A stretch of 64,000 nt of DNA from contig CM052817.1 of assembly GCA_028534125.1 (NCBI GenBank), forward strand, positions 76,510,001 to 76,574,000, given 5' to 3'. Within the stretch, counting starts at the first letter, position 1; each line of letters opens with the position of its first letter. A program made the translations under genes and the position numbers. This stretch comes from Lama glama. Its lineage: Eukaryota. The notes beneath the pieces were generated by a model. That model worked only from the letters and a program-made list of their open reading frames with translations. It was not told the origin of the DNA and did not search any database. Shown here in pieces: positions 38,305 to 51,268 of this stretch.

Positions 38305-38515
38305 AAAAGAGTAAATCCTAAGAGTTCTCATAACAAGGAAAACTGTTTTTTCTATTTTTTAATATTGTATCTATATGAGATGAATGTTCACTAAACTTAC
38401 TGTGATGATCATTTCATGATATATGTAAGTCAAATCATTATGGTGTACACTTAAGCTTATACAGTGCTGTATGTCAACTACATCTTAATTAAACTAGAAG
38501 AAAAAAATAAATTAA
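38305..38515 (+). mobile_element. L1 3'-UTR terminal fragment
   Basis: gagtaaatcctaagagttctcat...atcattatggtgtacac...tgtatgtcaactacatcttaattaaactagaagaaaaa. Confidence 0.88.
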
Positions 38516-38534
38516 AAGACATGAACACATCCAG

Positions 38535-40580
38535 CAGGTGGAAAATATCTTAATTTGAGGGAAATTTATAGCATTGAATGCATATATTAGAAAAAAAGAA
38601 ACATTTGAAGTCAATAATCTAACTTTCTTTTGCAGAGAACTAGAAAAAGTAGAGCAAATTAAATCCTAAGTAAGCAGAAGAAAAGAGACGGGACTAAAAT
38701 TCCTAATATCAGAAATGAAACCTGTAGATCCTGGGATATAAAAGGATAATAAATCAATAGTATAGACAACTCTTTGCTCACCAATTTGATGACCTAGATG
38801 AAATATACCAATTCCTTCAAAGATACAATCTGCCAAAAGTCACACAGAAGAAATAGAAGATTGTAACAGGTCTATGTAGATTTAAAATTTTTAATCAATA
38901 ATTTATAACCCTCTAAAGCAGAAAGCACTAGGGCTACACTGACTCCCTGGTGAATTTGACCAAATATTTGAGGAAGAAACTCCACCAATTCTTACAATCT
39001 CTTTCAGAGCATAAAAGTTGAGGAAATGCTTCCTAATTCATTCTATGAGGTCAACATTATCCTAATACCAAAATCAAAGACTTTACAAGGAAAGAAAATA
39101 CAGGTTGATATCTTTCAAGAACATAGATACAAGAAACCAAAATATTGGAAAACTGAATCTTACAAAGTATAAAAAGAACTATACACCACAACCAAATGTC
39201 ACTTACCCCAGAGATGCGAGGCTGATTCAACATTTGAAAATAATGAATGTAGTTCATCACTTCAAAAGGCTAAAAAAGAAAAATAACAAGATCCTATCAA
39301 TAGATGCAGAAAAACTATTTACAAAACCCAATAACCATTCATGACAAAAACTCTCAACATAATAGCAATAGAGGGGAATTTCTTAAACTAATAAAGACTA
39401 TTTGCAAAACACCTACAAGCTGACATTATATTTAATGGTACAAAACTTGAAGCTTTCCAACTAAGATTAGGTACAAGGCAAGATGTCCCTTCTCACCACT
39501 CCTTTTCAATATTGCAATAGAAGTCCTTGTTACTGCCATAAAGCAAGGAAAGGAAACAAAAGATATACATATTGGGAAAGAAGACATAAAACTGTCTTTT
39601 TCCACATATGACATGATTGTCCATATAGAAAATCCAAAAGAACTGACAAAACAAACAAACAAAAACAAACAAAAAAAACAACCCTCCTGGAACTAATAAG
39701 CAATTATAGTGAGGCTGAAAGATACAAGACTAATAAATAAAAGTCATTTGCTGTCCTATATACCAACAATGAACAAGTAGTATTTGAAATTAAAACACGA
39801 TTCCATTAATATTAGCACAAAAATTGAAATACAAGTATAAATCTAACAAAATTTGTACAAGATCTGTATTAAGGAAAATTACAAAACATTAATGAACAAA
39901 AACAAGTAAGTACTAAATAATGGAAAGATATTCCATGTTCATGGATGGGAGGACTCTATTTTCAAGATGTCTGTTTTTCCCAACTTGATGTAGAGATTCA
40001 ATACAATTCCAATCAAAATTCTAACAAATTATTTCATGGTTATTGACAAACTGATTCTGATGTTTATTTGGAGAGGCAAAAGACTCAATATAAACAGCGC
40101 AATATTGAAGGAAAAGAACAAAGTTGGAGATTGATGCTTCTTGACTTCAAGTCTTAGTGTTAACTGCAATAATCAAGACAGAGTGGTACTAGCAAGAATA
40201 GATAATGGGTCAACAGAACAGAAGTCAAGAAATAGACTCACATAAATATGGTAAACTGATCTTTGATAGAAGAGCAAAGGCAATTCAATGAAGCAAAGAT
40301 AGTCTTTTCAACAAATAATGCTGGAATGGCTGGACTAAGTCTAGACATAGACCATATACCCATCATAAAAACTAACTCAAAATGGATCATACATCTGAAG
40401 TGTGAAATGCAAAACTATAAAACTCCTAGAAGATAACATAACACAAACCTAAAAGACCATGAGTATGCTGATCCCTTTTTAGATACAACAGCAAAGAAAT
40501 AATACATGAAAGGAATAACTGATAAGCTGAATTTCAATAAAATGAAAAAACTGCTCTGCAAAAACAATATCAAGATAATT
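38535..40580 (+). mobile_element. Old L1MB/MC-like ORF2
   Basis: KNNKILSIDAEK; collinear with 1-1850 and 22000-22870. Confidence 0.93.
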
Positions 40581-40584
40581 ACCC

Positions 40585-43500
40585 ACCTTTCCCCTAGAGG
40601 CAGGCCCATTGACTGCATGACTGCAGATCCTTAAGCAGCCCTTTGATTTGGCTTCAGCCCCACCTAGCTGCAGTCTAATGGTAGTCCTGCTTACCCAGGT
40701 CCCAGGCAGTGACCTGGCAAAGTCCCTCTGTCACTAGCACCATGTACCATAGGGATCCAGCAGGTGTCGCTTCTACCCATGCCTTAGGGAACAGGCCTGC
40801 CAAATTCAGTCCTAGCTGACTGGAATAACACTATAGACCAAAGAACCTAACAGACATACAGATACCACTCAATCCAACAAAAGGAGAACATACTCCTCTC
40901 AAGCACACAGAGCACATTCGTCTGGATAGCTCATATGTCAGATCACAAAACACGGCTTAAGGAATTTAATAAGACTGAAATTGTATGAAGTATCTTTTCT
41001 AACCACAATGATATTAAAGTAGAAATCAATAACAAGAGGAAAATTGAAAATTCACAATTATGTGGCAAGTAAGTGATGTACTTCTAAATAACAAATGAGT
41101 CAAAGAAGATGTAAAAAGGGAAATAAAAATATCTCAGAATGAACAAAAATGGAAATTCAACAGATCAAAACTTAAGGGATGAAGCAAAAGCAGCTCTAAG
41201 AAGATTTGTAGCAATAAATGCATACACCTAGAAAAAATATATCACAAATGAAAAACCTAACTTCATACTTCAAGTAATTAGGAAAAAAAAAACTGGGCCC
41301 AAAATTAGCAGAAAGAAGAAAATGATAAGTATTAGAGCAGAAGTAATGAATTAGAGACAAGAAAGACAATAGAAAAACTTAAAGAAACTAAGAGATAGTT
41401 TTTTGAAAAGATACAAAAAAGAAGCATTTGGCTAGACTCATCAAGAAAAAAAAAAGAGAGAGGACTCAAAATCAGAAGTGAAAGAGGAGATATTACAACT
41501 GATACCACATAAATACAAAGAATCACAAGAGAATACTGTGAATGATTATACACACACACAAATTAAATTACCTAGAAAAAAATACATGAATTTCTAGAAA
41601 CATACAACTGACCAGGACTGAATATGAAGACATATAGAATACCAAGAGACTAATAATAAGTTAGGAGATTGAAGCAGTAATCAAAATTCCTCACAGCAAA
41701 GAATAGCCCAGGAACCAGATGGCTTCATTGGTAAATTTTACTGAATGTTTAAAGTTAATCTTTTTAAAACTCTTCCAAAAAAATTAAAAAGGAAACTTCC
41801 AAACTCATTTTACAAGACCAGCATTACCCTCATACAAAAACCAGATAAGAGCACTATAAGAAAAGAAAATACCCTAATAAACATAGATGCAAAATTTCTC
41901 AATAAAATACTAGCAAACTTATTTCAATAACACATTAAAAGTATCATACACCATGATCAGGTGATGTTTATCACTGGGATGCAGGGATATTTCAACAGAT
42001 ACAAATTAATCAATGTAATGCACCACATTAACATAATGAAGGATAAAAATAATATGATCATCTCAATAGATGCAGAAAAAGCATTTGACAAAATTCAACA
42101 TTCTGTCATGATAACTCTCAACAAAATGGGCATAGTAGGAACGTACACCAACATAATAAAGTTCATACATGAAAAAGCCACAGTTCATATCATATTCTAT
42201 AGTGAAAAGCTGAAAGCTTTTCCTCTACAATCAGGAACAAAATAATTCCCACTCTCACCACTCTTAACATAGTATTGGAAGTCCTAGCCAGAGCAATTAG
42301 GCAAGGAGAAGAAATAGAAGACATCCAAATCAGAAAGGAAGAGATTAAATAGTCTCTACAGATAACAGTATGCTATGCCAAAAAAAAAAATTCTAAAGCA
42401 CCCACCAAAAAATGTTAGAACTACTAAATACATCCAGTAAAGTTGCAGAATACAAAATCAACATACAAAAATCACTTGTATGTCTTTATAACAGCAATAA
42501 TCTGAAAAGAAATCTCATTTATAACAGTATCAAAAACAATAAAACACTTAGGAATAAATTCAACCAAAGAGGTAAAAGATCTGTACAGTGGAAATATAAG
42601 ACATTGATGAAAGAAACTCAAGAAGACACAAACAAATTGAAAGATATCCTGCTCATGAACTGGAAGAACTGTAAAAATGTCCATACTACCTAAAGATATT
42701 TACAGGTTCAATACAATCTCTATCAAAGTTCCAGTGGTATTTTCCTCTGAAATAGAAAAAAACCCCTAAAATTTGTATGGGAACCACAAAAGATCCCAAG
42801 TAGCCAAAGACATTTTGAACAGGAACAAAGCTGGAGGCATCGCACTTCCTGATTTCAAACTATTTTACAATGCTATAGAAATCAAACAGTATGGTACTGA
42901 CACAAAAACAGATCCACAGATCAATGGAACAGACTAGAGTACAGAAATAAGCCCACATATATATAGTCAATTAATTTATGACAAAGGGGTCAAGAATATA
43001 CAATGGGGAAAGGACAGTCTCTTCAATAGATGGTGTTAGGAAAACTGGACATTCACATGCCAAAGGCCTTTTTCTAACATCACACACAAAAATTAGCTCA
43101 AAATGGATTAAAATTTAAATGTAAGACCTGAAACTGAAACTATAAAATTCCTAGATGAAAACATAGGGAAGAATCTCCTTGACACTGGTCTTGGCAATAA
43201 TTTTTGGGGGGCTATGACCTTAAATGCAAAAGCAACAAAAGCAAAGTAACAAATGAAATTACATCTAATTTCAAAACTTCTGCACAGTGACAGAAACAAT
43301 CAACAAAATTAATAGGAAACCTAAGAAATGGGGAAAACTATTTGTAAACTACATATCTGGTAATGAGTTAATATCCAAAATACATAAGGAACTCATACAA
43401 TTCAATAGCATAAAAACAAATTATCTGACTGAAAATAAGCAAAGACAAATAGACATTTTTCCAATGAGAATATACAAATAGCCAACAGGTATATTAAAAA

Positions 43501-43660
43501 GTGCTCAACATCACTAATCATCAGGGACATGCATATCAAAACCACGATGAGCTGTCCCCTCACACCTGTTAGGATAGCTACTATCAAAAAGACAAGAAAT
43601 AACAAGTGTTGGTGGGGATATGGAGAAAAGGTAATCCACTGTCCACTGCTGGGAGGATGT
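40585..43660 (+). mobile_element. L1: GC-richer 5'-UTR-like piece (40585-about 40822) fused to ORF2 EN through C-terminus
   Basis: [16 protein letters not shown]...[14 protein letters not shown] sequence aacactatagaccaaagaacctaacagacatac starts at about 40826. Confidence 0.92.
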
Positions 43661-43829
43661 GCTAATTAACTAGGTTATGGGCATCACTTCTAATATGTAT
43701 GTATATATGAAGTTCATGTTTCCTTCCAGATGATTCCTTACTTACCAATCTTTCCACTTGCCTATAGAACATACCTAGTTATGTACCCACAGAGAGAAAA
43801 ATCCTACTTGATAGTTACAGACTGAACAA

Positions 43830-44590
43830 TTTTTACCCTCACAGCTACAAAAACTGCCCTGTCCTGCCTCCTAGATTCCACATCCCATAGAAAGATGACT
43901 TTCTGACCAGTTGCTCGCTCTCCAAACCTAGGAGTTAAAGTTGACTCCTTTCCAACTCCATCCCCTGAGCAATCAGCTACCAAATCCCATATATTTACCC
44001 TTTGTAAATATCTTTTGTTAGAAATTATTATTCCCATCTTTGATACCAGAGTTTAGAAGAGTCATCTCTTGCACTCTAACTGGTTTCTCTGCCTCCAGGT
44101 TGGTCCCTTCCTCCCTCACTATTCTCAATTCAGCAGCCAGAAAACCTTGATTATAAATGTTAAGGTTGGTATGCCATTTCTTATGTCTCCCATTGCCTTA
44201 TGATAAAGTCTAATATTCTATCCAAATCTTGTTAATTCTTCTTTAGCTCTGATTTCCCTTGTTGCTTGCCATTCCCTACTCTTAACTCATGCTCCAGGTA
44301 TATTAAGATGCTTTCATATCCCTGCCTGTTATACATCCATGCATACACATATGTAAATACACATGTATCACCACTTGTTTTTCATGAGGTTGTACTTATA
44401 TACAGCAGCCAGGATCAAATGAGATGGAGAAGTATAATGACAGATGACCAATAGTCCATCATCCCTGCATCTTAACTCAGATTTTATGATTGGAATATTT
44501 CTCCTCCCCATCTAACTTACTCTGGGTACCTTCTAACCTTCAGTCAGATTCTAGTTGAAATAACATTCCTTCAGGCATTCTTCTATCAGT
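43830..44590 (+). mobile_element. L2 fragment
   Basis: aaacctaggagttaaagttgactcc...ctaactggtttctctgcctcc...cagcagccaga. Confidence 0.7.
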
Positions 44591-44979
44591 ATGCTTACTA
44601 TGCACACTCACTGTCTGTCCATCGTGACCATCCAAGAGTAACGGCTTCCTCTTCACCTTCACTATCGAAACTTTCTGTGTTTCTGTTTTGGCTACTTCCA
44701 ACCCAGAACCACAAAGGGAAGAGGACTTGAGAAAACAAAGTTCCTAGACCTAACTGAGTTATTATAAGCAACTCAGAACAAAAGAAAAATCCCCACTACA
44801 CCACCTCTGCTCCCCGCACCCCCAAAGAACTGAATGGAAAAGGGGATAAGAAACAGCTCTCATTCTTTATGGAACAAAATTTAATTTTGGCATACCAACA
44901 TTAATCTCATCAATACAGTCATAAAAATTTCCTTAGGTTGATTTCAAATACCAGTACCTTTTGTGTAAACTACAAATAA

Positions 44980-45650
44980 TTAATTCATTAACCACTTCAT
45001 TTTTTCATTCAATCACTATTTAATTCACTCAAGAAATGTTTAGTAAGCACTTGTGTATCAAACACATATAGGGGATACAAATATAAACGCAAGGGCAAAG
45101 TTTCTTCCCACATGCAAATTTCATTCCAGTGGAGAGAGAAAAATAATAAAGAAACAAAAATGTAAGGAAATTATAGCCATGTAAGAATAAAACGGGGTAA
45201 GGAGTTTGAATATGGGAGGGGCGATGTATCAATTATACAGATATGACAGTCATCAGAGATCCGTAGCAAAGGAGCAAGTAAGCTCTGTAGATTTCTGGCA
45301 AAGTGCGCCCTTCCAGCAAGGTGAGGAACAGGAGTTAAAGCAACAGAGGCAGGAATGAGTTTATTGTTTGGAAGAGATAAAAAGAATGCTAGTGTGGTGG
45401 ACTGCAACTAGGAAGAGGGAAACTGAAATATGATAAAGATGGAACAGAGTGTAATAAAGAAATACTGGAGACAGACAATGCTGCCTTTGAAGTTCATGGT
45501 ATGAAGTCTGGACTGTTTGAAACAGGTACCTGATATTGTCAAGATTTTTATTTTAAAAAGATTAGTCTAGTTCCTAAATGGAAAACAGAAAACCTGAGCT
45601 TGCCAAGTGTAGCAGGAGGGTTAGTTAGGAACCACTTACAGTAGTCCTAT
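44980..45650 (-). mobile_element. L2 3' region, antisense
   Basis: ttcattcaatc...aaatgtttagtaagcac...ggggatacaaatataaac...gaggcaggaatgagttt. Confidence 0.75.
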
Positions 45651-47239
45651 TTCTGAAGAGGCTATAAAAAGCCTATTTTGTTTTAGCATAGGGCTCATTA
45701 TTTATTAGGGTTGAATGGATGAAAATATTTCCCATAAAGACTTGGAATCAGGCACTCCAGATTCTAAATTATTTTTCAAAGACTCAAAATCCAGATTTGT
45801 AAATAGACACCAAATAATCTGCATAATAAGATTGTAAGTCTCAATATGCCTGTTGGATGACATTTTATTTACTTTAATTAGCCAGTGCATATGCCTTTAT
45901 TTTTTTTTTCTCTCCAAAGAGAAGAAGTGCACAAAGAAGGAATTAGCTTACAAAAAGTACAGGATATGCCACTTTTTATTTTTAAGACAAAATATGTGTT
46001 TATAATTTAGATAAGTGGTGTATCTATGACAGTTCAGCTCCTCTGTATGAAATAAAAGAATCAGCTGTTCCACAAAGCATGGTCTCTACCTCTTGTGAAC
46101 TTGATCTTGGAGCTAAATGTAAGGACTGAAAATAATAAAATAGAACCTAGTTAAGGTTTGTACATCTTTGTTACTCACCAGTAGTAGCTTAATAAATATT
46201 TCTTATATTTTAATTAGAACTTTCACTAGGTGACTGGTTTCTGGACCACTTGAAACAATTTTCTCTTTTCCACTGATGCTAAATATCCAAGCTAAAATCC
46301 ACTGTCTACTCAAATATGGTGTAAATGATGAAAATGCAAGCAGTTGAAGTTACTGTCAATTCAACTGTCATTATACTAGGCTGAATTGCATAGATTTATT
46401 ATCATTTCTAGACTATGTCATTATTTTAATGTAATTTCTGCAGTTTTATGGTTTACTGATATGTGTAATTGCACAGAAGTTGGCCAGTAGTATACATTAA
46501 ACAGCTGTGTTTTCTGGTTGAGCTCACCATGTTAATAAAACTATGAGCTTCTAAAACATCCTGTCAGATGGTAGTAATTTAAACTGTTTTTCAGTTGACG
46601 TGATCATTTGAAAATTTACTACTTTGAACTTTAAAAAGGAATATGTGACAAGGCTCTACTGAAGCTTAAAAAAAAGTAAGCGATGCCTGCTCACAGAGCG
46701 CTCCTGATGCGCTTCCCTGAGAGCAGCTCACTTAGGAAGTAGAGGAAGACTTCACCAGCCGCTCACTAAGGGTGAGACAGCAGCGCCGCAGCCCATCAAG
46801 CTCCAAGTCCTACCATCATGCCTCTGAAAACCACAATGGTGGATGTGAAATATTAGAAAAGTAAAAGTTGGCAGATAGAGATAATACATCAAGTCGGCGT
46901 TGCAGATCCTAAATTGCTGATGTTGTCAAGGTGTGACGTGTCCTGCACTGAAAAAACTACCCATAAAGTATACTGAACCAACCGTTCAAGCTTTCCGTTG
47001 CACAAACCAATCCCCAAATCTCTAATTAAACTCCTAAATATACACAATCCCTCCAGCTCTAACATATATAATACGAACAAAGCAAAATAAGTATCAATGT
47101 AAAGTACTAAGTATACACCATTTACCATTTGAAAAAAAATCAGTCAACTCCTGATTTAAATGACCATGAAAACGATTGACTAAGCTCAATAATTTTAAAT
47201 GCCCTCAAATTAAGTTTATACTTCAAATAGAATAAGGAT

Positions 47240-47370
47240 CCTCTCTCCCTTTCTGTCTCTCCCTTCCCTCTCCTTCACACACACACACACGCACATTTGA
47301 TGCTAGTCAGAAAGAGTTGTACTTTAGTTTTTTTTATATATATATAGAGAGAGAGATATACAGATATATT
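47240..47370. repeat. Compound microsatellites (CT-rich, (CA)n, (TA)n(GA)n)
   Basis: Directly visible simple repeats. Confidence 0.8.
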
Positions 47371-47389
47371 CTGTGTGCTAAAAATAACC

Positions 47390-47630
47390 ATCTAAATTAA
47401 AACAAATAAAGTCAAAAGAGAAATGACCATAAGGAAAAAACATCTATTTGCAACACATATCACAGCATGGCTTAATTTTCTTAAAATATAAAGACTCCTA
47501 AAATGAGTAAGAAAAACATCAAAATCCCAAGAAAAAAATGGGCAGAGGAGAAGAAGAGACAAAATACCAGAAAAGGAAAAAACCGAACAATTAAGTTCTA
47601 AATATATGAAAAGTACCAAGAATCGGAAGC
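47390..47630 (+). mobile_element. L1ME-like ORF2 end fragment
   Basis: aaagtcaaaagagaaatgac...tatttgcaacacatatcac...gaaaaaaatgggcagagg. Confidence 0.7.
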
Positions 47631-48740
47631 ATTCTTTCCTCTGCTCCCCAACCCCCACCACCCCAAGTCTCTCCTTAGTAGGTAGTCCCTTAAATTCTTC
47701 CAGTTTTCCTGTGTTCATATATTATCTTCCCCTCCAATATGAGGCTTTCATAGAATCTGTTCGTATCAAGCACATACACATCACTTAATCAATCAATTCA
47801 TTCTTCCCAGTAGTTTCACCTTGAATTCCAAACATCTTTCTCAAGGCACACAGCATTTCTCAGATGGTGCTCCATGCTAACTTTGCAGGCTTTAATATAC
47901 TACAATACTAAAGGGCCAGATCTACACTGTTGGAGAGTAACACTTTTTCACCCTCCTGAAAATGTTCTACTCTGGATCTTGCTGTGTCCTAACATACTCT
48001 TCCACTTAGACTGGCAATTAGAAGAGACTTCCAGAATCGGAAACCTAGGGATAATGAACTTAATTCAACCTGGGCTTCAGCATAGGAGAACAGACTCCCT
48101 GCAGTCATGTTCATACGTACGCCTGTATCAACATTTCCAATTGGGCTTTCCTAGAGCCCTTGGTCTTCCTTGGTTTCATCTGGTTTCTTGGGAAAATCTG
48201 ACTGTGTTCCCACAAAGAACCAAATACACAAATTCCTCCCAAAAGCAGAGATATTGTTTTGAAATCAAAAGTATCTGTCTCATAATCTGCTATGATTGCT
48301 CCGTAGTCCTAAATTCTCACCCTTGCTTGTTTCTCATACATGTTTCAATGAAAATTTCAACAATAGTTGTCCCACCTGTGCAATTTTAATACTATCTCAT
48401 AGCCAATACATTTCTCATGGATAGAAAAATGTCCGTGTACTTTCAATGTCTTCAATTTTTGAAAGTATTTTTTTTCAGTTTGTCAAAACAGACTATTAGT
48501 GTTAACCAAGTTAAGTGAAATTTAAATTAATTCAGACAGCTTAACACAGGAATATATTCATATGCAAAGCACACAAGAGTCAAATAGAGAAGTTAATACA
48601 AGGAGTTTAAGAGAAAGGAAATCACATCAAGTGCAACTTAACCTAATTGAGACTGATTTTAAATCACTTTTATTTCAAAGGAAGATTTAATCTTCCAAGG
48701 ATAGCTTTTTTTCCCATATGAAAATCTTTTTTTTTTTTTT

Positions 48741-49240
48741 NNNNNNNNNNNNNNNNNNNNNNNNNNNNNNNNNNNNNNNNNNNNNNNNNNNNNNNNNNNN
48801 NNNNNNNNNNNNNNNNNNNNNNNNNNNNNNNNNNNNNNNNNNNNNNNNNNNNNNNNNNNNNNNNNNNNNNNNNNNNNNNNNNNNNNNNNNNNNNNNNNNN
48901 NNNNNNNNNNNNNNNNNNNNNNNNNNNNNNNNNNNNNNNNNNNNNNNNNNNNNNNNNNNNNNNNNNNNNNNNNNNNNNNNNNNNNNNNNNNNNNNNNNNN
49001 NNNNNNNNNNNNNNNNNNNNNNNNNNNNNNNNNNNNNNNNNNNNNNNNNNNNNNNNNNNNNNNNNNNNNNNNNNNNNNNNNNNNNNNNNNNNNNNNNNNN
49101 NNNNNNNNNNNNNNNNNNNNNNNNNNNNNNNNNNNNNNNNNNNNNNNNNNNNNNNNNNNNNNNNNNNNNNNNNNNNNNNNNNNNNNNNNNNNNNNNNNNN
49201 NNNNNNNNNNNNNNNNNNNNNNNNNNNNNNNNNNNNNNNN
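48741..49240. other. Assembly gap (500 N) following a poly-T tract
   Basis: Run of N. Confidence 1.
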
Positions 49241-49369
49241 ATAACTTCTCTGCCTGCAAGGGTCAGAAAATAGATAGGAGAGGATAGTTATTACTAAGAA
49301 CAATGAAGCTGGCTAAGGAAACGGGAATGAAGGGGTAAAGCTTTACAGAAACTGATCAGAAAATGCCCC

Positions 49370-49830
49370 TGTGATAATCTGGATATTCCATGAAGCAGAC
49401 ACCAAGATGGGATTGGATGAGCAAGAAATTTATTAAGGGAAATACCTGTGACAGATTAAAAGACAGAGCCAGAGAAGGAAGAGAGAGCTTTCAAACCATC
49501 TACGAAAGAGAGGGCCGAGGAAGAATGTTTGGACACGTAGAATCTCCAGGCTACAGCAGGATTTTTTAAAACATGACACAGAGTCAGACAGAGTTCTCAA
49601 CCTACAGTCAGCTGTTTAAGGAGCTTCTCATTCTGCAGAAATGGGCCAGCAGTAGTATTCCCATATGGTCAGCCACTTTGACTTGGAACAGCTCACAGGA
49701 ATCGTAGTCTTGCCTCAAGATGGCAGTGAAACTATCTATGTTATATTTCACTGCCATCTTGAGGCAAGGCTATGATTCTGGTAGTTATGTTTCCTAGCGC
49801 ACAAAATCTGAACATTTTCACATCCACCAC
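49370..49830 (-). mobile_element. Old ERVL-type LTR (LTR16-like)
   Basis: tgtg...gaagcagacaccaagatgggatt...aaatttatt (AATAAA on - strand) ...ccaccaca. Confidence 0.6.
49699..49778. repeat. 33-bp inverted repeat with 14-nt spacer (hairpin)
   Basis: gaatcgtagtcttgcctcaagatggcagtgaaa (49699-49731) pairs with tttcactgccatcttgaggcaaggctatgattc (49746-49778); 31/33 Watson-Crick. Confidence 0.98.
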
Positions 49831-49837
49831 ATCTCTC

Positions 49838-50490
49838 TAATAAGATAACATTAGAGCAGAAAGCTGATGGAAGTTAAGCATCACATCATATAGATAACAG
49901 GGAAGAGTACTCTATGTAGAAGAAATACCACGTGCAAAGATGCTGAGGAGAAAATGCGCCTGGCAGGTTATACGTATCTATAGCTTAGCGAACAGAAGGT
50001 AGGGGGTAAAAGAGAAGCTTTTCCAATTGCCCAGTGAGTCCCTGGCTTGATTAAAGATTACTGAATGGCCTCTTCTTAGGAAGCGACAAAGACAAGGTAC
50101 CCAGCACAAGGGAATCAGGTTTACTTGGGAGGCAACCCCAGGAAGCTGGATGCTAGAGCTGGGAGACTGAGACAGAGAAGGAGGCAAAGCTTATATAAAG
50201 GAAGTTTACTGAGGCAGTGCGAATCCTGTCCATCAGGGACTCTGAAACATGGATAGAATGTTTCCCAAAATTGCCCATTTGAAGGACACGAGGTAAAGGA
50301 ATTTATGTGCAGTATTCCATTATTTATCGGTTGAGTAAGGATGGATAGGAATAACAGAAAATAAAGTAAGAGATTAAAAAGGCTGGGAAGATTGCAAAGG
50401 GCCTCATAGGTCATCATAAGAGCTTTGAATTTTATTCTGAATGAAATGAACCACAATTGCAGGATTTCAAACAGAGAAAGGACTTAAAAT
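49838..50490 (-). mobile_element. L2 antisense fragment interrupted by an old LTR piece (about 50100-50335)
   Basis: ccacgtgcaaagatgctgagg and gggcctcataggtcatcataagagctttgaattttattctga (L2); gtttacttgggaggcaaccccaggaagc (LTR). Confidence 0.65.
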
Positions 50491-50929
50491 TTAAAAGGTA
50501 TTAAAAGTTCAGTGAGATCAGTTTTCATCAACTACTCTATGTCCTTGCGAATTACTATCTTTCAATGTTTAAAAAAAATGAATGTATGACTAAAGTTCCA
50601 AACCATATTCATTTTTCTAAATTAAAAGACAGGGTAAATAAATGTGCTGTAGATATCATTTTGTAACATGTTAAAACTATAAAACGCCATTATGTATTAT
50701 TGTCTGTAAAAGCTGAAATATGTTATGATAATAAAAATGATAATAAAAACGATAGAAGCCACTTTCTTGATAGTGATTACATCTGGGTAGAGAAGGAAAA
50801 AGAAGATTCTTACTTTAGGTTAGTTTGTAATGTTTTGTTTTTTTATTTATTTATTTATTTTTTTTAGCAAAAAATGTTGGAGGAACACATAACAAAATGT
50901 CAGTAATTTTAAACCCAGGATAATGCTAA

Positions 50930-51268
50930 ATCAGTGAGCTTTTGCCATATTAGATACCCTTCCAAAATTTTTGGCTCAAAACACACCTTTTATTTAAGTT
51001 CTTGATTTTGTAGATGAGCTTAATTGACTGGTTCCACTGCTAAGTCTCTCCTGGGCCCATTTGGATCTGCAGCTAGATCTTCATGGGTCTGGTCTCTAAA
51101 GGGAGGCCTTACGGAGGGTAGCTTTGTCTACCCAGAAGCTACACCAGCCTTGTTCAGAAAAGGGCAGATTGGATAAAGAAAGCTCTGTGGCCAACCCACA
51201 GACAAGGGCAGAAAATCTAGCTTAAATGGGAAGGCAAGAGTTTACAGCAAATTTTATAGTCTAGCACA
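50930..51268 (-). mobile_element. Old MaLR (MLT1-like) LTR
   Basis: tcagtgagcttttgcc...tggctcaaaacac...gtggccaacccaca...tagtctagcaca. Confidence 0.45.

Noticed and set aside
1..43660. Segmental duplication between 1-2.3 kb, 22-23.3 kb and 38.5-40.6 kb
   Set aside because: Similarity is confined to L1 ORF2 sequence and the copies are independently diverged
47874..48389. 171-aa + strand ORF, the longest real ORF in the window
   Set aside because: No recognisable domain or coding-like composition; one ORF of this length is plausible by chance across six frames of 64 kb
48659..49303. Long ORFs of 189-214 aa
   Set aside because: Artefacts of translating the 500-N gap
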